Source: Trichoplax adhaerens (Eukaryota; Animalia; Placozoa). From it: 64,000 bases of DNA. How positions within the stretch are numbered: position 1 is the first letter of the stretch; every line of letters begins with the position of its first letter. The stretch is taken from the NCBI RefSeq assembly GCF_000150275.1, contig NW_002060943.1, positions 4,856,008-4,920,007 on the forward strand. The letters run 5' to 3'. Of the stretch, positions 43,201-55,707 are shown in pieces. The notes under the pieces were generated by a model. That model worked only from the letters and a program-made list of their open reading frames with translations. It searched no databases and had not been told where the DNA came from. Position numbers and translations under genes: made by a program.

Positions 43201-46200
43201 TACTCTACTGTAATTGTCGTTGTGATGAAAAGATCAAACTATAGACAACCACATTTAATATTTATAGAAATTAATGATGATCAGATATTTCGATAATGAA
43301 AGATTTATAGTAAATCATCATTAAAGACAATAGCTTAAAAATGATTCCAGAACAATTTGGCTAGATGATCAAGTTCCAAAGTAATAGCTCTATTTGCAAT
43401 ATAAGAATTGCCTGTATTTCAGATTTGCAAGTCTGGGATAATGGAGTACTTTACAGGTGTTTTCGAACTGAATTCAATCAGTGAATAAGTAAACTAAGTA
43501 AATGATATTTTCCAGCCTAAGCTGAGTGTAACTTATCCTTCGATATTTTGTTCAATAACAGTTGCATGTACATTCGAAGTCAGCACTGTACTGTATATAA
43601 AGCTTGGTCTAAGCGATAATATTGTCGTCAGGCATATAAAAACTAAATTTCAGATCGAAGAAATTATCCTTAACTTGATTTATTTTTTAATTAAAGTAGT
43701 GTAACGTTGCAACCAATTATTGCATTGCACATTAAATTGTTTGTTTTTTTAAGAAATAATTATCGATGAGATTATCGACACTATTATTCAAATAAAATTT
43801 TAACTGAATACCAACTTATTTTGATTACGTGTACTTACAGCGTATTTAGTTGAGATAATCCTGTAAATGTCTCGTTTTTAATTTCCGTTAGATAGTTGTT
43901 GCTAAGAATTCTTATTAAAGAAGACATTTCTTACGAAAGTAATAGAATAAATTAAATAACATAGTCCTTAATAGCTGTCATCTAGGATCTTACAAAATTG
44001 ATAGTTTAGTCATATTGGCAAAATTGAATTTTTCTAGTTCTTTGATTTCGTTTGTGGTTAGTTCTCTGTTATAGCAAAGAATTGTATACTTTAACTAATG
44101 TTTATAGATAATGTAGAACACATCTATCTAAAAGCTTGGTACCACTACTGAATCTCGCTTATGGACTAAAGAGTATATAAACTTACAATGTTCTGATAGC
44201 TCCTGCTTGCCCTTTTAAAGCCATCAGGCTAGTTAAATTATTTAAAGAAACCTTTCTAGAAAGTTTAATGCCATATATATATGAATTTTATGCGCAGTTA
44301 GTAAAGTATAAGCTAAAACTGACATCACACATCGATATAAATTAGCTATTTTTACAAATTCAGTAAGCCTGACAAGCCATTTAAAAATCCTTCGCCAATT
44401 TCTCCAATTCGATTAGCATCTAAATGCCTTTGAAATTGATCAATTGGAACAAATAGTAACTATTTAATTAAATAATGTACCCATGTAAGGTAGTGTTATT
44501 AATTTTTTTCCATATTTCTCAAACTAACAGAAAATTCAATTGATGAAGATCTTCAAATAAATTGTCTGGTAAATATTGAATCTGGTTGTCTTGTAAATCT
44601 CTGTAACAGAATTTCGGATCAGAATGATGCTAATTATGGTGGCAAAAAATAATCAATCTATATTGTTTCTTGGAATGCTACTTGTATTGATTAAAATCTC
44701 GATTAATGAATAGCTATTGCAACTGTGCTCATTAAAGTCTATATTGTAGTATTTAGAGTTTTTTACAATATTACTAAATTTGTTCATGAAACTTTTCTCA
44801 ACAGATTATAGGACAAGGATCCGGTTATTATTTTTCAATAATTTGCTATTTCATATACGTCATGGTACGAATCACCGTAAAGAGTAAATGATTAAATTTA
44901 GTGGTAAACATTTATATATGGAGAAAACTAATAATGACTTACAGTAAGAACTACGATAGTTATTATTTTATTACAGTAAATTATACTGTACTGTAGTAAG
45001 AGTTCTTATACGGTAACTAATGTTAATTGATTATAATGTTATGCCATGTAACGTTTGTGATGAATATCCTGAAGATATTCAGTTACAGATGATACTATAA
45101 ATAATTCTGAGTATGGACATACTGTAATCTAATTATCTAGAATCGTTCAGTACATGTCTAAAATTATGAATAATTTCTGTACTAATTTAGCTATACAATA
45201 TGAACTAAATTTCAAGAACTACTGTTATGACTGATACATGATAGCTGCTGCTGAAGAGTATTTAAGCTCGGCAAATAGTTGAATAAAGAAGAGTTCTATA
45301 GTTGTTTAACGTAGAAGCAAAGGCGTCTAAATTCTTGTGAGATAGTTAAGGGATACTGAATTCCCAAGACTATAGTGATTTAGAGATTTGCTATACGTTA
45401 TCTTTGTCACGAAGCTGGTTTGTGACTGTATATTATCAAATGTTAAATTTGATATTTTGGCTTCAATAATGTATTCTTTGAATTGATACAGCTTTCAGAC
45501 ATGAGGAGTTTAAAAGATCAAAATATGAATAAATTGTTAAAGTTATGGACCCTGTGAAATGTGGAAATAAAATTTCTAATATAATTCTAGTACATGTGTA
45601 TTCTAAAGGAGTTTAGGTTATGCCGCTAATTAATCAATAACTATTTTCTATCAACGATCTGATTAACAATAATTTTTAAAATACATATGAGAATCTGAAT
45701 ATTTTATCAATCCGTAAAAGGTCTTGACTTAGTCCTATAAATCCTGCAGCGCTATCGCATTAATCAAAGTTCTAAATATATTTTAGTAAACGATTTTAAA
45801 TACGCTATTACTATCTTACAATGTTAAAAGCGACGATAATCCCTTGAAGTGTAGAGGTTCGACAGACTTTAAACGATTACTTAGCAAGAACCTAAGAAGC
45901 ATTGAAGTGAAGAATGACGCGGTCAATTAAGTGCATTACTATTTTTGTAAATAATGCGCTATTAATTCTTGGCAAGAACCTTCTGATAGTTAGAAGTAGG
46001 CATCATTAATGTAAGCTAATGCTATTCAAAATGAATCTAAGCAGTGCAGTAAATTAAAAAGTAGGTATGAATGCTAGAAAAAGCTATGAAACTTCCAGAT
46101 GAAATGCTAAGGATTCTTGGTAAGAATATAATTTATATGGTAAAATAAATAGCCTGTATGACTGATCAATAGGCCGGCTAAAACATCAAATGAAGTTTTA

Positions 46201-48632
46201 ATTAAATACATTTAGGTAAGCAACTATCCCAGACTATGAAGTAAGCAATACATAAACATGTACGTATATCAAATAAAAGCAATATCCTATAGTAAAATAT
46301 AGATATAACTGATTGAAATTGATACAATAACGTTACATAGAATGATAAAATTGCTTCAAACACGAATCGGTTGGCAATTTCATTATTGGAGTGTTACAGT
46401 GTTATTACTGTATTACAGTAGAAATATCAATGTTAGGATAATTCTGTTAGACTATCCTTATTTAGTTAACTTCTAATTTGGATATACTGTGTTTTAATAT
46501 AGCACTGACTTTTTTGACAGTGACACTTATACACATACTGAAATTAATAGTTATAGTAGGAAATGCAAATCATCTACTTACAGTTCGAATCATTGTAATT
46601 GTAATTTACTTATGGTAGACTGTAAATTATCATGGAAATGTTCCGTGATAGGACATATCGTAATCTGACTATTCTGTATTAGTCATTATATGTCTATGTT
46701 CGTAAATACTGTTGTCTGCATTAAGGGAGCAGTAGCTAAAATTAATATCTAATTCAGTAAATGATTCCAATGTTAATTGTATTAACTATGACTCATGAAC
46801 TATTGAGGAATAGTATATAAATGCAGTATATCGTGAAATAAAGTGAATTCTTAAACTTAGTGTTTAACGTAAAATACGAGGCGTTTAAGTCTTTGTATAG
46901 ACTGCTAGTAGAGCAAAAGTGTTTGTGATAGTGCAGATATCGTTCCTTGATACGTGGTTCAAGGAATTGACTTATTGATCGTACATTACGTTATCTTGTT
47001 GCAAAGCTGTTTTGTGGCATGGAGTAAGAAGTAATGCCTCAACTACATTATGTGCATATTTCGAAATATCAATTATAATAGGCTATATCTTCATCTTAGC
47101 TTCATAACTAAAGGAGCAGAACTGAATTTTGAAAAAGCTAATTAGTTTTTAAAAACTTACAAGAAATGTAGCTGGGTTAAATTAGCGAATTGATAATCAG
47201 CTAATTTAGAAATTCTGTTATATCCTAAATGTCTATAAAAATTGTAAAATTTTAAAGATCAGTTTTCGTCAATAAGTTATTTAATAGAAAAGATAAAAAA
47301 AATTCGTTTATTATTGCCATACATGTAGAAAAATTTACTATAATTAATTCAAGAACTTACAACAAATTCAGCTGTTTAAGATATCTAAATAAGCTAGGAT
47401 CCAGTTCTTCAATCGTATTTCTTTCTAGTGATCTATTTATATTAATAATATTAATGCAGATATATCATTACTTTTTATGCTACTATTAGTTTCTCTTCTT
47501 ATCGGTACATAAATGATGATTTACAATGTTGAGAGTTGAGTCAAATTGTTAAAGGAATCTGGAGCTATACGCTGAATTTTGTTGGAGCCAGCATCGCTGT
47601 AATATAGGGTAAGATAGTAAAAGTTAAAATTAACCATTTCATTAATTTAAACTATAATGATAGAATAAGATTAATCAAGCGGTTGAACACTTGGATATGA
47701 AAAGTGCTTAATGAAACACGAGGAATCATGTCCAAGCGACTACAAAAGTCCAATGGCAGTTGCCATGAAAATATTATTTTAGAAACATAAGTGTATACGA
47801 AAATGCTTTGCTGATACAGTAGAAGTATTGGCTTACAAAGTCCTCAGTCCAAAGAATGCTTTCAAATTTTCCGGCTTTAGTTCTTTGATCAAATTATCTT
47901 TTAACAAACTAGTGTGTAATTCAACAGAAATAATTAAATTAATATGATGCCTTGTTACTTCCCGATGATTATTCTTTAGAAAATAGAATTAAAGTATCCA
48001 AATATATCATAAGGTCATGAAAGTGTACATAATCTTGCTATGAATTTGATTCAATAATTCTAGGACACACAGAATCAATACAATATTGCTATCACTCTTG
48101 ATATCCTTTTCTGTATTAATGTACGGACATTGAATATTATTTTGCTAAGTTATCCCTTCAAAACTGACTGAAACTCTTTTCGTTATGAAGGTTACCCTAA
48201 TCGCCTACGTGTATTATAGATGATATACAAAGCGAATCCCACATGCAAGATATACAGCTGTATTTTAAGTAGATACGTGAATGGCTGGCAGATATTTTTT
48301 ATATGCATTTGTGACGATATATATCATGCAAGATTTTGTAACAAAATCGAACGACAAGGAGAAAATATGCTTATAGCGTAAACTATTATCGTTATCATTC
48401 TACAAAGCGCCAACGGTAAATTTAAAATGTTAAATTTAACAACTTACTAAATTTTCCAAATTGATAAATCGACTTTTGGTACGTTGATTAGTTCATGTAA
48501 TGAACAATCTATTTTTTCCGAATCACATTTACATACAGCCGGGCAAGTGATATTAACTGTGGATGAAGCAAAAATAGTTGTTACGAGTATATTAAAACCT
48601 ATCAAATTAATCTGATATTCCTTACCGCACAT
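31285..48632 (-). CDS. Very large leucine-rich-repeat GPCR (LGR; type C/GRL101-RXFP-like hinge and 7TM): signal+LRRNT exon, ~37 LRR exons, one hinge+7TM exon; roughly 1300 aa
   Basis: Terminal exon 32368-31285: YLCCLVP..RCKP..LSTCENLL hinge, 7TM with NLAFTDL, TIDRY, CWMP, NSSINPYLY. About 37 phase-2 exons of 69-84 nt (mostly 72) from 47908 to 32908, each xLxxNxIxxL..F..LxxLxxL. Exon 48632-48448: MCGKEYQINLIGFNILVTTIFASS..CPAVCKCDSEKIDCS. Start codon is tentative. The subset of exons I translated had no stops. Confidence 0.88.
36875..37097. repeat. Diverged two-copy tandem duplication (~111 bp unit) in a GPCR intron, abutting an LRR splice donor
   Basis: ctagataagcaatcttaaggaaactatattacagcagctacgctaaagctactccgtaaaaactagttctactagaagctac vs ctagataagtaatgttaaggaacctattttacagcagctatgctcaagctactctataaaaattagttctacttgaagctac. 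Confidence 0.85.
39481..39915 (+). mobile_element. Solo-LTR-like element, family A (435 bp), intronic
   Basis: TGTCAC...GTGACA ends; perfect 5-bp TSD GAAGT; TATATAAA (~39748) followed by AATAAA (~39770). 3' third is homologous to the family B copies. Confidence 0.85.
41737..42140 (-). mobile_element. Solo-LTR-like element, family E (404 bp), intronic
   Basis: Minus strand reads TGTTACGG...TTTGTGACA; perfect TSD CCATG; AATAAA on the minus strand at ~41883. Confidence 0.78.
44858..45427 (+). mobile_element. Solo-LTR-like element, family B (570 bp), intronic, with eroded termini
   Basis: Same length as, and nearly identical to, 55138-55707. Ends cGTCAt...GTGACt; TSD ATATA/GTATA (1 mismatch). 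Confidence 0.85.
46392..47019 (+). mobile_element. Solo-LTR-like element, family C (628 bp), intronic
   Basis: TGTTACA...TGTGGCA ends; perfect TSD TGGAG; TATATAAA (~46814) then AATAAA (~46837). Second copy at 54437-55066. Confidence 0.85.
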
Positions 48633-51600
48633 TTCAATATAGTTGTATATTGAACATCTGCGAACGACTGGATCAGTATTTATAAACAATGGCGACGAAA
48701 AGCAACAATTTACTTCTTTACAAATTTTTTTCTCTGGATAACCTATCAAATAATTTATTGCAGGACAATTTTCAAAATAAATCAATTATTATGACAACTC
48801 TGACCGATCTAGTTGCTTACTCAATAACAATCTAGTCTATTTAAAGTTATGGAACAGCTAAAAATATTTGTTACCCAGATCTTGAGACTCATTTACCCGT
48901 CGGTATTGCAACCATTTATAAGCTGGTTCATTGATAAAGAAAATAGGAAAATTAATTACTAGACATCTTAGCTGGAATAAATTATGATTATATATTTTTT
49001 ACTAATGAACAAAATCTATTAATACGTAAAATTGATTTATTACAACTTTTTATATATACCGCAATATTTTTCGTCTGAGCCATCATGACAATCATTCTTG
49101 TAATCGCACCAGTCTGTATAAGAAATACAAGCACCATCATCACACTCTAACAGCGCCTTAGGTATATCAGGTGCACCTGAAAGGAAATTAAAAAAGCTTA
49201 CAAATCAATTTCATCATCATTTAATCGGAATATATGATTACAATGATATTCGTGATCAGAATAAATTACAACTTGATGATAAACGTAAAACAATACTAAT
49301 TATATTAACATAGTTATATAGGCTTATTTCAAATGAGATAATTCACTAATTGATAGCTCAAATAGATTATATAATAAAATAAACAACAAAAATTTCATGA
49401 AGTATGGTATATAATGTGTAAGGTATAAAGTTTAAACCCAGATTAATAGTGACTTGTACGTGTCTATCTAAAAAGTCTTCAATATCTTACAATGGTTAAA
49501 TTTATTTCATATATTGAATGCATTACAGCCAAAATATCCTAAAAGATTTAGATATCAAAATAGTCAAATTATGACGTATCTAATTATGAAATCTTTAATA
49601 TCTTAAAATAATTTACTTTTTCATTTATTACAATCATTGGAGCTAAAGTATATTGCAAAGTTTACTTTTAAAAATAGTCAATTCTATGACACCCATACCA
49701 GTAGTATCGTCTGTCTACTTTCTGATTGATCAAGGATACTCGCTTACGCGGGCACTTATTTCGAAATAATAAATTCACGTCTTAATAGCTTCATAATAAA
49801 ATAGTCGAATCCATATAACAGATATATAGTATATAATGATACAAGTTTATTCATTTTTCGTTTACTTTATGGTTTAATGTAGTCATTTAATCTTAATATT
49901 TGGTTTATTAAATGTTCAGGATTTGATTTCATACTTCGCTTGTACCAGATATTTTGCCTCACTAAAAATTATTTCAGTTGAAAATGATGAAAAAATACGG
50001 GCTTAACTATTGGAAAAGAGCCTTAGCTTTGAAAACCTATCAATAGTTTTATTATTTTATCGTTCAGACTTTGTTATAGTTGCACTGTCAAATGTACGTA
50101 TGGACCGAAATTTTAAATACTGGGGTTAAGTAAGGCATTATGTGCTAGCATTAATCATATTAAGTATCATAATCATGCTTTTGTCATATCAATATTTAGA
50201 CATGTTACAGTAGCTAAAGAGATAGATATTGGGCGTACCGGTACGAGATTACCACTAAGAATACAAGTATACTGCAGAACTGGACTTTCTTTTAAGGTAT
50301 TACCCTAACTACATGGAATTTAATATCTGAAAAACAAATCTATAACGTACATAGACAAACAATAAAACGACGATCTTATTGAATATCTAATGCACTAAAA
50401 TTGCAGACGGCTATTATTAATATCTAAATATATAGATTAGGCTCTTATGCAATTACATTTTCTTGTAACCTCTTAACGAATTATCGGTAGTCGATTATAT
50501 TATGTGCGGGATTAAGCTAGTGACTACATACTGTAAATACTGACTGTGCAATAAATATTCTACCACTGCTATGACTAAATTAAAATTTGTTTAAGGTGCT
50601 CTAGATGACATTATGACGTAATATTGAAACAATATGCATAAATTGAATCTCTCAATAGGATAAGCAACGTAAGCAATGCAAAAATTTCTGTATACTTTTA
50701 GATCATAATGTTCGCATATAGTTAGCGATTTGAATATATAATGACATCTCTGCTAATAAAATCATTAGCCGCAGCCAATAATGCTAAATTCTGTCTAATC
50801 TATTGCAGAATGCCATCGATGTATGTAATGAAATCTAAGTATATGATAAATGCATCGTCATCAAATTGCGGTATTAGACTGAGCAGATTTGCGTACTATA
50901 ATACAAGGTAGAGTAAAAGTGAGACGAATAGCCTAAAAGATATTTATAAGCTTGTATCTCTTAACAAACTAATATAACCTTAAACCGTTTTCTGTCTATC
51001 TCATTAAGTAGATGACAACTTTAAGTGATATACTAAACTATAGATCGAACTATGCGAACAGCAACTTCTATAGTAAAATATAATTTATAAAATACGTATA
51101 CGTATAAAATGTGGCAGTAATTAAAAAGATATTCCGGTTATTTCTTTATGAAACACTACGAAAAGTTGTTTTAGATTTAAGTTAGGGAGACAAATTGTGA
51201 TCAGTGTAGGAATACTTTTAATTCATTCCAAATCTGTAATATAAATATTGGAAGGAATAACTTCAAGATCATAATCGGTAGCATAAAATTACGACTTTGT
51301 TCGAAATTTTTGACTACGCATAGCAGTCAGTAAATTCAAAATTAACTAATAGTAATTTGAGATAATTAAAAATATTTCGATTGCTTTTATTCTACTTAAG
51401 GATCCGGTAATCGTTGACTTTTTTCTATTTACGGAGCTAATGAATATTTCCTAGATACGTACATGCTTAGAAAGGTAGAAATAATTTTTACTATCTTCGA
51501 TATATTATATATCATTAATAGCTCTTGGCAATATTTTAGATTACGTACAGCTATGAAATTGAAAATGCAATAACATAAATTAGAAATAATTAAACGACTA

Positions 51601-53286
51601 TTGTGTCTTATTACTTTCAGGTGATGGGATGAAGTGTAAACGGTACTTCCTGTTTATTAATAAACACTTTCATTATACGCGGATATGAAAAATATTTAGG
51701 AATAATAGCAGACATTATCTCAGGTATTAGTTGAATGATAAAACACTGGGAGCAATATTCTAAATCATGCTAGTAGCAATGCTTTCAAGACAACAAATGG
51801 AAATTAGAAATAATTTAGACATTATCTCAACCCTTTTCATCAATTATAGATTAAGGAGCATAAAAATCCAAGCACAGAAATTACATAAAGTATTTCCTAA
51901 ATGGGTATCCATTTTCAGTACTATAAATAGCAGTAATTTCAAATTACATCATGTGCGACGTAATGCTTTGATAAATAAAAGTGGAGTTTTAAATTGTACA
52001 TATGGGTAATATTTTCTGAATAAAACAAAATAAATTATCAATAACTTTCAAGCTCTCCAACGTTACTATTGCGTGTATGGTTTGATAAACATTTCTATGA
52101 TACCAGTGTATTTAAAAATAAAATGGAACGGTCCCAAGACTATCTGCTGTTTAGTATAATTTTATAAAAGGTTTTTGAAAGGATGCTTTGATCAGATAGA
52201 CAGAAAATATTTCCATCACAAAATAAAAAGAGATTAAGCATAATTTTCAAATTAACTTAGTCATTGACATTTATCGCAGCCGATTTATTGGCATGATATA
52301 AGCTACGGTACCAAATATACAATAGTAAGTACCAGCAAGATATGCGTGAATGGAAAAAAGTTAAGGTATTATATTTGGCTCTGCATCGAATTCTGAAATT
52401 AAAGGCACTTTTTTATAACAGCATCTACAAATATATCGCGCCTGAGAACGAGGAAATTAATACAATCTAGTGATTTTCCCTGCTTTTATTTTAAAAGGGT
52501 TTTGGGTCATATTTGATGTTATCCTATAGATTTGCATAATTCAATCGTTGAAAAAACTATGGGTGTCATTGAAAGAGTATATTATTATTCGTCTACGGAA
52601 TTTAAATAGATTCTGAGCGAGTGATATATCCGTTGTAAATTTGTATTATATTATGAGTAGGCATTCTATAATATAATAGATTGTGTTGGCTGAGCACGGT
52701 ACAGTCTAATTATTACTTTATATCATAAATTTTCGATAGTAAAAGGATTTTATGAATAAGGATAGGATTTTAATAAGGCCGATTGTCTTTTATAGTACAG
52801 GAAGTCAGTATCCAACTATGCTATAAATATACTAAAAATTAAAAATCTTTCGTGATATATCTTTTGAGTCGCCTAAGTATAGAAATTGAAAATATGTAAG
52901 AGCAGTTAGATCTGCTAAATCTATTTGTGTTAGAAATCTTTCTATCATTTAATCACCATCCTCCATGATTTAGCTATAGTTTCTGTTAGCAATTTGAGCT
53001 TCAATAGCACAAATTTTAGCTGAATGGCTAATTAAGAGATATGTATTTGATATAATTCAAGCACAACTAGTTCCTCGGAATACTTTACAATCATTAATTA
53101 GTACATTTAAGAACTATATTTTCAGGAACGGAAGCACCACTTCAACTACTAATGGATTAGAAAATGAGAGCCGTCTTTCGACATGCCTAATTACTACAAG
53201 CCATTTTAGATTTTCATAATTTGGTTAGCTATTTCTTTCTCTATCGATTGAAACCGTATAGTTAACTTAACACCGTTTTATAATCT

Positions 53287-53873
53287 TGTCACGGTACACC
53301 GTTACTAATTAAGTAACTATAAATTAATGAATGCTTATGAATAGATAAAATAAGGTTATGTGCTATGTTTTAATGCGCTTGTAGCTGATAATAGGATGGT
53401 AGAATGAGATAAAAATAGAAGTTGTTAGCAGTTAATTTACTGTAGGTTTATAAGGTATGTTAATCTCTAAAAATTGAGCTGTATATGGACGAAGGTTAAG
53501 CGTCTTAACACCTGATAGCTTGTAGCTATCTAAGTCTGAGGATATCGACATGTATATTTAGTAATGGTATTATACTAATTAATGTAACTTGCAAAGCATG
53601 AATTCTCACTCGTTAATATTGGAATTCACTGTAGAAACCTATTTAAGCGCGTGTGTTTGTAGAATAAAGTAGGTAATTGCTCAAGAAACGGCAAGACTCA
53701 TATCGTGAAGAATAGTGTAATAATTAGTCAGTTGTCTGTGGAGATCAGCCGAGAAATCGAGTTCTCAAATACTTCTCTCATAGAAACTGAAAGTACTGGG
53801 AGAAATAGCCCAAGTTTTAAGTAACTACACTAGAGTTCTTTACTTTCCTTTGCCACAAGTGAGGGTTGTGACA
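53287..53873 (+). mobile_element. Solo-LTR-like element, family D (587 bp)
   Basis: TGTCAC...GTGACA ends; perfect TSD AATCT; TATTTAA (~53640) then AATAAA (~53663). Confidence 0.83.
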
Positions 53874-54436
53874 AATCTAGACATAATCATCCTAGCATAT
53901 TGAATTCTATTAATAAATTATAGCTATGCCCAGAATACGTTCTGCTAATGGATGAAAATCCTGCAAATTTTAAAGAATACTAAGCGAAATTGAAAATAAA
54001 GAACTTTTTCACCATTAGTAAAAATATATTTTACGTTCATAAATTATATCGTCTTAAAGAGAATGAAATAATTTAATTTTAGATTAGAATAAAGCGTGAA
54101 AACAATATCAATCTAACTACTATAGTAATAAATAACTAACATAAAAGTTAAAATGCGTTCAAAGTTGATCCATCATCGGATTGAAATGTTGTAAGTTGAA
54201 AAGGTAACGACTGATAGAAGATCAAACAATTCGGCCACAGTACCGTAGTTGGACAGCTCAGTTTGATTATTATTCAGAACAGTGCCGTAAGAAGTTGCGG
54301 ACCGAAACTAAAATTGTCAAATATCACGAGCATTGTACTAGTGATAGAGTTGTTATGAAAATCGCCATACTTGCTACTAATACATAGCCACAAGGAGAAA
54401 CTAAAGGTTGATAGTTACTAAATTTAATTATGATAT

Positions 54437-55066
54437 TGTGACAGAGTTATATACTGTATTAGAGTAGAATTATCTATGTTTGGATAATTCTGTTAGACTA
54501 TCCTTATTTAGTTAACTTCTAATTTGGATATACTGTGTTTTAATATAGCACTGACTTTTTATCACAGTGACACTTATACACATACTGAAATTAATAGTTA
54601 TAATAAGGAATGCAAATCATCTACTTACAGTTCGAATCATTGCGATTGTAACTTACTTATGGTAGATTGTAAGTTATCGAGGAAATGTTCCGTGATAGGA
54701 CATATCGTAATCTGACTATTCTGTATTAGTCATTACATGTCTATGTTCGTAAATACTGTTGTCTGCATTAAGGAAGCAATAGCTGTAATTAATATCTAAT
54801 TCAGTAAATGATTCCAAAGTTAATCGTACTAACTATGACTCATGAACTATTGAGGAATAGTATATAAATGCAGTATATCGTGTAATAAATAGAATTCTCA
54901 AACTTAGTGTTTAACGTAAAATACGAGTCGTTTAAGTTTTCGTGTAGTCTGCTAGTAGAGCAAAAGTGTTTGTGATAGTGCAGATATCGTTCCTTGATAC
55001 GTGGTTCAAGGAATTGACTTATTGATCGTACATTACGTTATCTTGTAGCAAAGCTGTTTTGTGACA
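54437..55066 (+). mobile_element. Solo-LTR-like element, family C (630 bp)
   Basis: TGTGACA...TGTGACA ends; perfect TSD GATAT; colinear with 46392-47019. Confidence 0.85.
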
Positions 55067-55137
55067 GATATAGAAATATCGCAATGAAATTAATTTTATG
55101 CTACGGACATGAATTGTTGTAGCTAGTCGTATGTCAA

Positions 55138-55707
55138 TGTCACGGTACGAACCGCCGTGAAGAGTAATTGATTAAATTTAGTGGTAAACATTTATATATG
55201 GAGAAAACTAATAATGACTTACAGTAAGAACTACGATAGTTATTATTTTATTACAGTAAATTATACTGTACTGTAGTAAGAGTTCTTATACGGTAACTAA
55301 TGTTAATTGATTATAATGTTATGCCATGTAACGTTTGTGATGAATATCCTGAAGATATTCAGTTACAGATGATACTATAAATAATTCTGAGTATGGACAT
55401 ACTGTAATCTAATTATCTAGAATCGTTCAGTACATGTCTAAGATTATGAATAATTTCTGTATTAATTTAGCTATACAATATGAACTAAATTTCAAGAACT
55501 GCTGTTATGACTGATACATGATAGCTGCTGCTGAAGAGTATTTAAGCTCGGCAAATAGTTGAATAAAGAAGAGTTCTATAGTTGTTTAACGTAGAAGCAA
55601 AGGCGTCTAAATTCTTGTGAGATAGTTAAGGGATACTGAATTCCCAAGACTATAGTGATTTAGAGATTTGCTATACGTTATCTTTGTCACGAAGCTGGTT
55701 TGTGACA
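55138..55707 (+). mobile_element. Solo-LTR-like element, family B (570 bp), intact termini
   Basis: TGTCAC...GTGACA ends; perfect TSD GTCAA; TATTTAA (~55539) then AATAAA (~55562). Confidence 0.88.

Noticed and set aside
32908-47908. GPCR as a TE-disrupted pseudogene
   Set aside because: All four internal insertions are intronic, the exons checked are open with frame-preserving lengths and GT-AG sites, and the 7TM exon is intact.
44858-55707. A full-length LTR retrotransposon bounded by the two family B (or two family C) copies
   Set aside because: Each copy has its own distinct TSD, and the interval contains host GPCR exons and no gag/pol ORF, so these are independent insertions.
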